The notes under the pieces are model-generated. The model saw only the letters and a list, made by a program, of their open reading frames with translations. It made no database searches and was not told where the DNA came from. This document shows positions 32,466 to 45,505 of a DNA stretch of 64,000 bases, in pieces; the stretch's first letter is position 1; each line of letters starts with the position of its first letter. The position numbers and the translations under genes are program-made. Origin of the DNA: an uncultured bacterium (GTDB lineage Bacteria; Patescibacteriota; Saccharimonadia; UBA4664); contig CAVUEQ010000001.1 of assembly GCA_963740635.1 (NCBI GenBank), positions 273,026-337,025 on the forward strand, written 5' to 3'.

Positions 32466-32855
32466 TTGGAAGTTATGGAAGATAAAACCACCTTGGATGC
32501 AATTCACCGGCTGATGTTGGAGCTGGCCGAGACCCGCGGCAAAATGAAGAAAATTAAGGACGACCTCAAAGATATCGCCGAGCAAAACGATGAGTATCGT
32601 GTGCTGGCCGAGGAGCTCAAGGAGGTGTCCGAGAAGCGCGCCACGGCCAAAAAGCTGCTGGAGGCCGACAAGGATTACCAGGTGGTGAACTCGGAGCTCG
32701 AGGAGCTGAAGTTCAAATACAAGGACCTGGGCGAAATTATGAGCCACCATTTAGTAACGTATTTTTCCGAGAGTGGCGAGACTTCGCTAACCACGCCCGA
32801 CGGCGAGACGCTACAGGTTGTGGTGAGCGCGCGGTTGGGCAAAGAGGTCGCGTAG
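32466..32855 (+). CDS. coiled-coil hypothetical protein
   Basis: 129 aa with charged heptad-like K/E-rich helices (KMKKIKDDLKDIAEQNDEYRVLAEELKEV...). The start is uncertain (TTG 32466 or ATG 32475). Confidence 0.5.
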   Translation: MEVMEDKTTLDAIHRLMLELAETRGKMKKIKDDLKDIAEQNDEYRVLAEELKEVSEKRATAKKLLEADKDYQVVNSELEELKFKYKDLGEIMSHHLVTYFSESGETSLTTPDGETLQVVVSARLGKEVA

Positions 32856-33539
32856 CTACTTAGTGCCCGTTGTTTGCTTGATCTGCTGGGATTCGTTGAC
32901 ATTGCAGCCGGCCCAGAGGCCGCGGTTGTTGGAGCGGGCTTCGGTTTCGAGGGCGCGGAACTCGTCGAGCTTGGTGATCGGGAACACGGTGTAGGCAAAG
33001 GCGTAGCCGTCGCGGATGAGCTCGGCGTTTACAAGCGTGCCGTCTGGTAGGTAGACGTAGCGCAGCAGGCGGTGGTACTTGTCGCGGTCGGAGTCGGTGG
33101 GGTCGGGTTCGAGGCGGACGTCTTTGCCTTCGAGCAGCGCTTTGGTATGGGCGGCGGCGGCCAGGCCGAAGCATTGGACGGGCTTGCGCGGGTCGTGGGT
33201 TTCAGGGGTATCGATGCCGAGGAAGCGCACAGTCTCCTTTTGGCTGCCCATTTGCACGTCGATGGTGTCGCCGTCGACGTCGCGGGTGACGCGCCACAGG
33301 CCGGGCTGGGCGTTGATGACGGTTTGCGATGTGCCCCCCACCGCTTGCTGGACTGAGTCCGGGACCACCTGGTCAACCGCCTGGCCGACGGTTTGGCGGA
33401 CTTGGGGTGGGGCGGCTTGCAGCAAGAGGCTGAGGATAACGGCGAAGGCAGCCGTAAAACCAGATAGCCGCAGTACCCGGGCCCGGGGAGAACGGCGCCG
33501 ACGAGAAGTATGAGCTTGCGGCTTTAGTTCGGTTTCCAT
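32856..33539 (-). CDS. membrane-anchored thermonuclease (staphylococcal-nuclease fold)
   Basis: 227 aa. An N-terminal TM segment is followed by V.RDVDGDTIDV...VRFLGIDTPET...RDKYHRLLRYVY..DGTLVNAELIRDGYA. Confidence 0.85.
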   Translation of the reverse strand: METELKPQAHTSRRRRSPRARVLRLSGFTAAFAVILSLLLQAAPPQVRQTVGQAVDQVVPDSVQQAVGGTSQTVINAQPGLWRVTRDVDGDTIDVQMGSQKETVRFLGIDTPETHDPRKPVQCFGLAAAAHTKALLEGKDVRLEPDPTDSDRDKYHRLLRYVYLPDGTLVNAELIRDGYAFAYTVFPITKLDEFRALETEARSNNRGLWAGCNVNESQQIKQTTGTK

Positions 33540-33707
33540 ACCCAGCTATGTTGCCACAGATGACGCCGGGGGTCAAAATGTGGTAACTTTGAGCGCACGA
33601 ATAAGTGCACAGGCATTATTCGAATCCATCTACTTCCGGGAAGGGAGTTGAGCACCTTGATTTGGCACGCGTACTCAAACGCCGTCGTGAACGACGGAGG
33701 CACTGCG

Positions 33708-34016
33708 ATGTTCAACGGGATTATGCTGCCGTTTTTCGGCGTCCTGATCCAGCTGCTGGCAATGTTTTGCTTGGTTGCCACTCGGGACGCATTCAAAGGT
33801 CTCCGCCAATCTGGCGCCGGGATTGCGTCTGGGGCAATTTGGTTTCTGCCGTTCCTCGGTCTGGGGGCTCTTGTCGGCAGTGTCTGGCTAATAGTGGCCG
33901 GCTTCTTGGAGGCTGGGCAATGGGCCTTGATTGGGCTACTGGCCGGTGCGGTTATCGTCGCGGCTTTACTGTACTTGTTTGGTCCCGCCATTCGTAAGTC
34001 GATGAAGGCCACATGA
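33708..34016 (+). CDS. small membrane protein
   Basis: Start re-assigned to ATG 33708, 7 nt after GGAGG. The product has about three hydrophobic helices. Confidence 0.5.
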   Translation: MFNGIMLPFFGVLIQLLAMFCLVATRDAFKGLRQSGAGIASGAIWFLPFLGLGALVGSVWLIVAGFLEAGQWALIGLLAGAVIVAALLYLFGPAIRKSMKAT

Positions 34017-34030
34017 GAGGAGAGCAAACA

Positions 34031-34237
34031 ATGAGTAGTTACTACACGGCAATGCTGGCCGGTGGCTTCGGTGCGCCGTTGCTGCTGCTGGCCGGATCAG
34101 CCTTGCTGGTGGCTTACGCATTCGGCACCAATATTCCTGCTGCAGCGGCCGGTATCTGCGTTGTGGCCGTGGTGTGGGCTGTACTGTCGGAGTTGACCGC
34201 AAAGCCTCCGATATGGAGGTTGCGAGCCAGCCAATAG
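34031..34237 (+). CDS. small membrane protein
   Basis: ATG 34031 is preceded by GAGAGGAGAG. The 68-aa product has two hydrophobic helices. It is followed by a strong terminator. Confidence 0.5.
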   Translation: MSSYYTAMLAGGFGAPLLLLAGSALLVAYAFGTNIPAAAAGICVVAVVWAVLSELTAKPPIWRLRASQ

Positions 34238-34270
34238 CTGGAATCTCGCTAGGCGATGGGTCGTGTGATG

Positions 34271-34308
34271 GCGGCCGGGGAGGTTCCCCCGGCCGCTGAA
34301 TGTTTTTT
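34271..34308 (+). terminator. intrinsic terminator (perfect 10-bp GC stem)
   Basis: GCGGCCGGGG-aggttc-CCCCGGCCGC, then tgaatg and a TTTTTT run. Confidence 0.75.
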
Positions 34309-34329
34309 GGATGTAGTTATTCGAAATTG

Positions 34330-34359
34330 GATGCAAATTGCACATGTGCAAAATGCATC
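34330..34359. repeat. 30-bp near-perfect palindrome
   Basis: GATGCAAATTGCACA|TGTGCAAAATGCATC matches at 13 of 15 positions per arm. The core TGCACATGTGCA is perfect. Confidence 0.55.
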
Positions 34360-34455
34360 TAATCTTTGGTCGAGCTATGCTGGTTTCCAAGATATTTTCG
34401 GGAAAGAAAGAGGCTTTCCCTTATCAGAAAACGCCAAGGTCTGTCTTGTGCGGAA

Positions 34456-34980
34456 CTAACACCGAACGCGGGGACCGGTTGCGATGCCGGCCGGGACTAC
34501 AGGTTGCGAGGGTGGCCTCAAACTGATGCGGCCGCCGAGGCGGGTGCCGGAGTCGGCCAGGGTAATGCCGAGCGCTTGAGTGAGGCGGCCGGGGCCGCTG
34601 GTGAGCAGTCGTGGATCGGTGAGGCCGCGACGGGCGGCCATGACTTCGGCGCCGGTAGTGGGTTCGAGGGCGCGGATGAGCACCGCTTGGGCCTCCCCTG
34701 CCGGGCCCGTGACAATATTCAGGCAGTTATGGACGCCATAGCTGAAATAAACGTAGATGGTGCCGCCGGCTTCGAACATCGGCCCGGTGCGCGGGGTGAG
34801 GCCGCGGTAGGCGTGGCTGGCCGGATCGCCGGCGCCGTGGTAGGCCTCGACCTCGACGATGCGCCCGGCGGTGCGGACGCCGCCTGCATGGGTGATGATC
34901 TCCCAGCCGAGCAGGGCCGGCGCGACGGTCAGAGCGTCACCGAGGAGCCAATCGTACTGCGGGGTGGGCTGTGCTAACAT
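34456..34980 (-). CDS. mpg: DNA-3-methyladenine glycosylase (Mpg/AAG family)
   Basis: 174 aa. GRIVEVEAYHGAGDPASHAYRG.TPRT..MF..GG..YVYFSYG.H.C.N.V is the family signature. Confidence 0.9.
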   Translation of the reverse strand: MLAQPTPQYDWLLGDALTVAPALLGWEIITHAGGVRTAGRIVEVEAYHGAGDPASHAYRGLTPRTGPMFEAGGTIYVYFSYGVHNCLNIVTGPAGEAQAVLIRALEPTTGAEVMAARRGLTDPRLLTSGPGRLTQALGITLADSGTRLGGRISLRPPSQPVVPAGIATGPRVRC

Positions 34981-35007
34981 GACCTTAAAATAACCCGAGG
35001 TAAGCCG

Positions 35008-35397
35008 ATGTTAAAGGATTTTAAATCATTTTTGTTGCGCGGGAACGTGGTTGACCTGGCGGTGGCGGTGGTGATCGGGGCGGCCTTTGGGGCGGTGGTG
35101 ACGTCGATGGTGAAAGACTTAATCACGCCGCTAATTGGGGCGATTGGCGGGACGCCGGACTTCAGCGGGCTGTATGTCACCATCAACCATAGCCGGATAA
35201 TGTACGGATCATTTTTGAATGCGCTGATTGCCTTCGTGGTGATAGCAGGCGTAGTGTTTTTCTTTGTGGTGAAGCCAATAAATGTGCTTCTCACCCGCTT
35301 ACAGAGCGGCAAAGAGGCTGAGCCTACACCGAAAGATCCTCAGATTGAGCTGCTGGAGGAAATTCGGGACGCTCTGAAGTCTCAGAACCGGGGCTAG
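35008..35397 (+). CDS. mscL: large-conductance mechanosensitive channel
   Basis: 129 aa. MLKDFKSFLLRGNVVDLAVAVVIGAAFGAVVTSMVKDLITPLIG is near-canonical MscL. Confidence 0.95.
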   Translation: MLKDFKSFLLRGNVVDLAVAVVIGAAFGAVVTSMVKDLITPLIGAIGGTPDFSGLYVTINHSRIMYGSFLNALIAFVVIAGVVFFFVVKPINVLLTRLQSGKEAEPTPKDPQIELLEEIRDALKSQNRG

Positions 35398-38300
35398 GCC
35401 GGGGCCGGCGGCGCCGGCTGCCCCGGGCTCCAACCCAAGCCGGCAGCCGGCTGAGCTTGGAAAACCAGGAGTACAGGATGGGGGTGGTAAATAGTGACAG
35501 TACGCCCGAGGTCAGAATGCCGGCGATAATCACCAACGCCAGGCCGCGCCAAAACGGGCTGAGCAGGGCCAGCGGCAGCAGTGAGCCGAGGGCCGTGACC
35601 TTGGTGAGGAAAATGGGCCGGAAGCGCACGGCGGTGGCTTCGGCGATGGCCTCTTTTACCGGCACGCCCGCTTCCACGCGCTTGTTGGCATAGTCGATCA
35701 CGAAAATGCCGACATTGACCACGATGCCGGCCAGCGTGATGATGCCCAGAATTTCCAGAAAGCCGAATTCGTTATCGAGAATGGCCAGTATCGGGAACAC
35801 GCCAAGGAACGACAGCGGCAGGGCGAAGGTGATAATGATGGGTTTGAGGAAGCTGCGGAAGAAGAAGGCCAGCACCAGGTAAATGAGCAGCAGTGATATG
35901 GCCAGGGCCTCAAACAGGTTGGTGAAGGATTTGGCGATGTCGTCGCCCTCGCCTTTGTTTTCCAGGGCGTCGGAACGCAGGCCGGCCGCCGCCAGCTGGT
36001 CCTTGGCCCAGTTGCTGAGGTCGCTCTGGATCTTGAAACTATTGGCGTCGGTGGCGACGGCGGCCTGCACGGTGGCGTAGCGCAGACCGTTTTGGTGGAG
36101 GATGTTGCCTGAGGTGGTGTCGGTGCTGATGCCTGCGATCTGCGACAGCTGCACCGGGCCGGTGGGCGTGGCGACGGTGATGCGGCCGAGGCTGGCGGCG
36201 GTGGTGTAGTCGGCGGCGCCGGCGTAGCTCGCCACCACGTCGACGGTTTGGTCGCCGAGACCTAGCTTGGTCAGGGGCTGGGTGCCGAGCAGGCCGGCGA
36301 CCTGGGCGCCCACCGCTGCGGCGTTGAGGCCATGGGCGGCGGCCGCGGTCTTGTTGACGTTGATGCTGACTGCGGCGGTGGAACCGTCGGTATAGCCGTC
36401 GGACACCCGCGTGACGCCGGCCATGCCCCTGGCGTGATCAGCCACACGCAGCGCGAAGGCTTTGAGCTTAGTGAGATCGCCTTCATAGATCTGGATGACT
36501 ACCGGGAAGTCCGGCACCGGCGGCCCGGCGGAGAGGGTGCTGGCGGAGGAGTAAATCTGCTTGGCGGAGTCGTGGGGCAGGTCATTGTTGATTTGCTTCA
36601 CGAGCTCCTCGGCCTTGGTCGGGCGTTCGGCAATGGGAATTAGCGACAGGAACAGCGTGAAGCCGGTGGGCGACTGCTGGAAATAGTAGTAATTGGCGAT
36701 TTCATAATGGCTGTCCAGTGCCGTTTCGGTTTTGCGGGCAAGCGCGTCGATTTGCCCAGGGGTGGAACTGGCCGGAAACGACACGCTTACCAGGGCCTCG
36801 ACGGTGTCGTGGGGTTTGGAGAACTGGGCGCTTTTTACTTTGCCCGATGCAAACAGGTAGCCGGTAACCAATACCGGCGCGGCTACGGCCACGATCATGA
36901 TCAGGATTTGGAGCCAGGTGCGGCCAAGGATGAACAGGTTGGTGCGCTTAAACCAGCGGCTGACGGCCCACAGCGCGGCATCCTCGTCTTCGAGCTTGCC
37001 GGCGTGGTGGTGCGCGGGAATGAACTTGGCGGCCAGCGGCGCCAGGAAAATCAGCGGGATGAAAAACGATGCCACCAACGCCGGGATCACCGTGATGGGA
37101 ATAAATTTAATGATTTCCCCAAACACCCCCGACACAATGCCAAACGGCGTAAACACGATGATGGAGCAAAGCGTGGCCATCATCAGCCCGTTGCCAATGG
37201 AGTTCACGGCCGCCAGTACGCCCGCTTTGCCGGTTTGGCCGATGTCTTTGTGGCGCTGGATGCTTTCGAGCACCACAATAGCGGGGTCGACTACCAGGCC
37301 TAGCACCAGGATCATCGAAAACAGGGTGAGTGTGTTGAGCGTAATACCGGCTGCCCATAGCGCCAGCAGCGTGAACAGGAACGATAATGGTATGGCGATG
37401 CCGGCGATGAGGGCGGTGCGCAGGTTAACGAACAGGAACATGGCCAGCATCAGCAACCAGATGCCGCCGACGGCGTAACCGACCCAGGAGAGCGGACCGA
37501 TACCCTTCCATTTTTGGCCGATGGCGCCGGCTTTGATTTCGTTGATTTGCTCGGTGGTGTTGGCGGCATCGTCGAACAGCCGGGTGAGGGTGATGTCGCG
37601 GCTGATGGTGCCGTTGCCGGTGAGGCGCTTGAGCGCGGCGGTGAGGTCGTGGTCAACGGTAATGATGTCGGCGTCCGAGGCTATCGCCACGTTGTAGACC
37701 AGGCCGGGCCGGGAGACCGGGAAGCCGCTTTCGGGAACACCGATCCGGTTGATGGTGCCGTTTTGGTCGACACTGCGGGTGATGGTGGCAACCCGCGAGA
37801 GGGTTTCGCTGCCGCCGCCGGTGGTTGGCAGAGGCGTATTGCTCAGGTCATCGATGCTGGCGTCGCGGGCAGCGGTGAGGGCGGTGGCGCGCGAACCGTC
37901 GAGGGTGAGGCTGGAGCCGGCGGGCAGGTTGAGGTTGTTGGCCGCAATGGCCGAGGTTAAGGCCGATTGGTCGACCTTGGCTGCGGCGAGCTTCGCGGGG
38001 TCGAACACCACATTAACCTGGTCCTTGACGTCGCTGGCCAGTGTAACAGACTTTACACCCTTCACCTGCCCCACTTCCCGGGCAAAGATTTGGCCCTGGG
38101 CGAGCAGGGTTTCCAGCGAATCCGGCCCGCTGAGGCCAAACGTGAAGGCGGCGTTGCCGGTGGTGGGCTGCATGACTTCGGGTTTGTCGGCCGCGGTCGG
38201 CAAGGTCACGGAGGCGACTTTGGTCGTAATATTTTGCAGTCCGGCATCCAGGTTGGCATTTTCGTTGAGCGTAACGGTGATGAGCGAGTGGCTTTCAGAC

Positions 38301-38575
38301 GAGGTGGAGGCAAACGATTTGACCTCGTGGACATCGATGGCCGCCTCTAGCGGGGTCGTGACGCTGGTCTCAACTTCGCTGGCGGCCGCGCCCTTGTAAA
38401 CGGTGGAGACCACCACGATCTTCACCGGCACTTGCGGGAATCCTTCCCGGCGCAGGTTGATCAACGCGGCTGTCCCCCCGCCCACAAGCAGGATAAATAA
38501 CACGATCACAAGCTGGCGCCGGCCCATAAAAAAGCCGGTTAGCCGGCTGGCCCAATTTGCGCGCTCCTGATGCAT
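35324..38575 (-). CDS. RND-superfamily efflux permease (AcrB/AcrD/AcrF-type, 12 TM)
   Basis: 1083 aa with the duplicated TM/periplasmic-loop architecture. No membrane-fusion or outer-membrane partner gene is adjacent. The low-complexity C-terminal tail overlaps the mscL 3' end by 74 nt. Confidence 0.85.
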   Translation of the reverse strand: MHQERANWASRLTGFFMGRRQLVIVLFILLVGGGTAALINLRREGFPQVPVKIVVVSTVYKGAAASEVETSVTTPLEAAIDVHEVKSFASTSSESHSLITVTLNENANLDAGLQNITTKVASVTLPTAADKPEVMQPTTGNAAFTFGLSGPDSLETLLAQGQIFAREVGQVKGVKSVTLASDVKDQVNVVFDPAKLAAAKVDQSALTSAIAANNLNLPAGSSLTLDGSRATALTAARDASIDDLSNTPLPTTGGGSETLSRVATITRSVDQNGTINRIGVPESGFPVSRPGLVYNVAIASDADIITVDHDLTAALKRLTGNGTISRDITLTRLFDDAANTTEQINEIKAGAIGQKWKGIGPLSWVGYAVGGIWLLMLAMFLFVNLRTALIAGIAIPLSFLFTLLALWAAGITLNTLTLFSMILVLGLVVDPAIVVLESIQRHKDIGQTGKAGVLAAVNSIGNGLMMATLCSIIVFTPFGIVSGVFGEIIKFIPITVIPALVASFFIPLIFLAPLAAKFIPAHHHAGKLEDEDAALWAVSRWFKRTNLFILGRTWLQILIMIVAVAAPVLVTGYLFASGKVKSAQFSKPHDTVEALVSVSFPASSTPGQIDALARKTETALDSHYEIANYYYFQQSPTGFTLFLSLIPIAERPTKAEELVKQINNDLPHDSAKQIYSSASTLSAGPPVPDFPVVIQIYEGDLTKLKAFALRVADHARGMAGVTRVSDGYTDGSTAAVSINVNKTAAAAHGLNAAAVGAQVAGLLGTQPLTKLGLGDQTVDVVASYAGAADYTTAASLGRITVATPTGPVQLSQIAGISTDTTSGNILHQNGLRYATVQAAVATDANSFKIQSDLSNWAKDQLAAAGLRSDALENKGEGDDIAKSFTNLFEALAISLLLIYLVLAFFFRSFLKPIIITFALPLSFLGVFPILAILDNEFGFLEILGIITLAGIVVNVGIFVIDYANKRVEAGVPVKEAIAEATAVRFRPIFLTKVTALGSLLPLALLSPFWRGLALVIIAGILTSGVLSLFTTPILYSWFSKLSRLPAWVGARGSRRRRPRPSPGSETSERPEFPPAAQSEDLSV

Positions 38576-38593
38576 GCAATAAAATTAGGTGCT

Positions 38594-38985
38594 ATGAGAG
38601 ATTTTGGCAAGCCAATCAGTAACGAAACGCGCACTGAGCTCACAGGCTTAGTTGAACAAGTGTACAACAACGGTTCGGCGCAACGGGCGCTGAGGGCCAG
38701 TGATTTTGCGATGGAAGAGGTCCCGGACCGGATCGTGGCGAAGGAAGTTGAGGTCCGCTGGGACGATTCCCGATTGCGGGTGGCAGCTACCGAGTCCGAT
38801 GCCCGGCCGCCGTTTGAGTGGCTGTATGAAGTGACGGCAAATGTTGGCGACACGGATTACTTTAAGCACTACCTCGTGCGAACGGATGACATCGTGCTGG
38901 CTCAGCGTAAAGTGCTGACCGTCATTGATGACAAGGAGGCGGCGGTAATGCGGGCCGATTTGCTGGCTGCGCTGCGCGCCGCTGG

Positions 38986-38989
<4 letters not shown>
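38594..38989 (+). CDS. hypothetical protein
   Basis: 131 aa counted from ATG 38594; the track start at 38570 would overlap the RND gene start. No recognisable domain. Confidence 0.45.
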
Positions 38990-40572
<1,583 letters not shown>

Positions 40573-40812
40573 CTAATTATCCTCCTTGGTTTTATTTTCA
40601 GCTGAATCTAATTCGGCGATTTGCTCGTTGAGTGTGTCGACCAGCTGGCGCATGCTGGAGGTAGGCACGAGGCAGACCATCGAGGCGTGTTTGGTGAAGA
40701 CCATAAGTTTATCGCCGGCAGAGAGGCCTACCTGTTCGCGGATGGCGGCCGGAATTACGACTTGGCCGCGCTCTCCCACCGTTACGAAGTCCATGCTGGT
40801 ATGATTTTGCAT
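40573..40812 (-). CDS. AbrB/MazE/SpoVT-type DNA-binding protein
   Basis: The swapped-hairpin pattern is VTVGERGQVVIPAAIREQVGLSAGDKLMV. The start is set at ATG 40812 from the promoter geometry; alternatives are 40821 and 40794. Confidence 0.65.
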   Translation of the reverse strand: MQNHTSMDFVTVGERGQVVIPAAIREQVGLSAGDKLMVFTKHASMVCLVPTSSMRQLVDTLNEQIAELDSAENKTKEDN

Positions 40813-40819
40813 ACATTTC

Positions 40820-40848
40820 ATACTAATGTGATAGTGATAGGTTGTCAA
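40820..40848 (-). promoter_or_regulatory. near-consensus promoter driving a leaderless abrB-like/MFS operon
   Basis: On the minus strand, TTGACA (40848..40843) is followed by 17 nt and then TAGTAT (40825..40820). ATG 40812 lies 7 nt further downstream. Confidence 0.5.
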
Positions 40849-41058
40849 GATGAGCGGGTATTGTTGCGAGTTTGTGTGAAGGTGCGGATAAATAGCGAAA
40901 CTATATATGTAAATACTTCGTGGCTTTGCTAAGCGAAAATCATTCGGTATCACACGAAATATGTTTAGTTTGACTATACATCCCGTACCCCCAATATTTG
41001 CTGGCTAAAAACCAGCTTTCGGCTTTGACGTAGCCAATGTACAGGAGGAATTTGTTGG

Positions 41059-43838
<2,780 letters not shown>

Positions 43839-43866
43839 AGAGCAATCATACAATACCGCCGCCGCT

Positions 43867-44538
43867 TTAGTAGTCACCCGCGGCGTAGCCGGGGAAGTTG
43901 TCCTGGATAAGCCGGTTAATGGGTAATGCGAACGGCGGGGCGCACAAGCGCACAAATGATTTTGGCCCGGAGACATACACGTAACTATCTGCGTAGCCTG
44001 GGACGAGTTGGGCGAGGGTTTCGGGGGTGAGAATGCCGGTGTGGTGAATGAGCTCGAAGGTGGGGTCGGCGGCGGCCCAGGCCGCCAGCTCGGCCGCGAA
44101 TACCGGAGCAGATCCGGGGCGGGTGGCGTAGATCAGCCTGGCATGCACCGGCAGGCCGCGGTGCCGGCGGTCCGAGATGATGGCATAAAACGGCGTGATG
44201 CCAATGCCTTGGGCGGCGAAGACCAGGGGGCTGGCGGCCGGTCTCCAGACAAAATCCCCGGCCGGCGCGTCGAGCAGCGTGAGGCGGCCGCCGATGGGCA
44301 GAGCCGCCAGGGCGGCCTTGAAGGTGGTGGCGGTGAGGCGCGTGGTGATGGTGAGGGGCTCGTGGGGCGCTGCCGCGATCGTGAAGCGCCGCTGGGTGCC
44401 CTCGGCGTCCGGGTGGGCGTGCGGCAGGTCCGCCCGCATGAACTGCCCGGCTTCCCAGGTTATGGGCCCGGTACTTTCAAACCGGAATTGCCAGACGTTA
44501 TCCACCAGGTGTTGTTTGGCGGTGAGAGTGAGTTTCAT
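43867..44538 (-). CDS. ferredoxin-NADP reductase-like FAD/NAD(P)-binding oxidoreductase
   Basis: Start re-assigned to ATG 44538 (MKLTLTAKQ...). RRFTIAA is an RxYS-type FAD motif and FAAQGIGITPF is the NAD-binding glycine motif. Confidence 0.75.
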   Translation of the reverse strand: MKLTLTAKQHLVDNVWQFRFESTGPITWEAGQFMRADLPHAHPDAEGTQRRFTIAAAPHEPLTITTRLTATTFKAALAALPIGGRLTLLDAPAGDFVWRPAASPLVFAAQGIGITPFYAIISDRRHRGLPVHARLIYATRPGSAPVFAAELAAWAAADPTFELIHHTGILTPETLAQLVPGYADSYVYVSGPKSFVRLCAPPFALPINRLIQDNFPGYAAGDY

Positions 44539-44871
44539 GTGAGAGTGAGCTTCATGGGTGCAGTTATCGTACAACGAGGGCGCCCGGTCACAAAAATTCA
44601 CCGGCCATTAGTTCCTGTCGGTGTGCTGCCAAGCCGGCTTCCGATCTAAATAACCAGAAGCCGACTAATATTTTGCTAACCAGGCTATCTATCGCCCTGT
44701 GTCGTCTTTCGATCCGTTCATCGGGATCGCAGGTCTACGAAGATGCGAGGGGCCCGCGGGCCTCCCATCACAGTGGAGATTAATACTCTCAAAACAGCTC
44801 GGGGCAATGTATGGGCAAATGTCTAATTTCGTCCGCGGGCAGTCAGATAGTTTTGAATGGGATGTTATTGC

Positions 44872-45505
44872 TTACGCAGGGGTGGGCGTGGTGTCAATTT
44901 GGCGGTCTTCTTTGCCCGTGACACGGCCATCCGAGTTGAAGCTATAGATTAAGACATTACCAAACGGCATCTCCAGGTGCTCCACGCCGGCGTCGTCGAT
45001 TTGGTCGAGGTGCTTTATGAGGGCGCGCAGTGAGTTGCCATGGGCAGTGATGAGGACGGTTTGGCCGGCTTTGAGCAGCGGCAAAATGTGCTCGGTGAAG
45101 TACGGAATGGCGCGGGCATGGACGTCCTTGAGGGTTTCGCCGCCGGGCACGGGGAAGTCCCAGCCACGGCGCCATTTGGTGAACTTGGCGTCGCCATACT
45201 TTTCCTGCACTTCCCATTTGTTGAGACCGGTGAGGTCGCCGTAGTCACGTTCGTTGAGCTGGTGCGCCTGGTGCACCGGGATGTCCCAATGGTTGGTGTG
45301 CAAGATGACCTTGAGTGTTTTCGGTGGCCCGCACCAGCGCGGATTCGAAGGCCACGTCGGGCTGGGTGTCGGCGATGGCCTCGGCCATTTGCTCGGCCTG
45401 GTGGCGGCCCTTGTCGGTGAGCGGGATGTCCCAGATGCCGGTCCAGAGGCTTTTGGCGTTAAATTCGGATTCGCCGTGGCGGGTGAGGATCAGTTTACCG
45501 GCCAT
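44872..45505 (-). pseudogene. gpmA: 2,3-BPG-dependent phosphoglycerate mutase split by a single-base frameshift
   Basis: The N-terminal ORF (45245..45505) begins MAGKLILTRHGESEFNAKSLWTGIWDIPLTDKG.... The C-terminal ORF (44872..45303) reads ...LNERDYGDLTGLNKWE...ITAHGNSLRAL.... Removing one base from the T4 run at 45318-45321 (A4 on the coding strand) restores ...RATETLKVILHTNHWDIPV... Confidence 0.75.

Noticed and set aside
33524-34027. 167-aa minus-strand ORF
   Set aside because: The competing plus-strand frames have strong SDs (GGAGG, GAGAGGAGAG), hydrophobic helices and a downstream terminator. The minus-strand frame has none of these.
34366-34977. 203-aa plus-strand ORF
   Set aside because: It is antisense to the well-supported mpg glycosylase gene.
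44539-44871. 333-nt lower-GC spacer with a GC hairpin (GAGGGGCCCGCGGGCCTCC) and an 82-aa plus-strand ORF (44699..44947); considered as a possible ncRNA or riboswitch
   Set aside because: I could not match it to any riboswitch or sRNA consensus that I know. The ORF lacks start signals and overlaps the gpmA 3' end. I leave it as an ordinary terminator/promoter spacer for gpmA and the FNR-zwf-eno operon.
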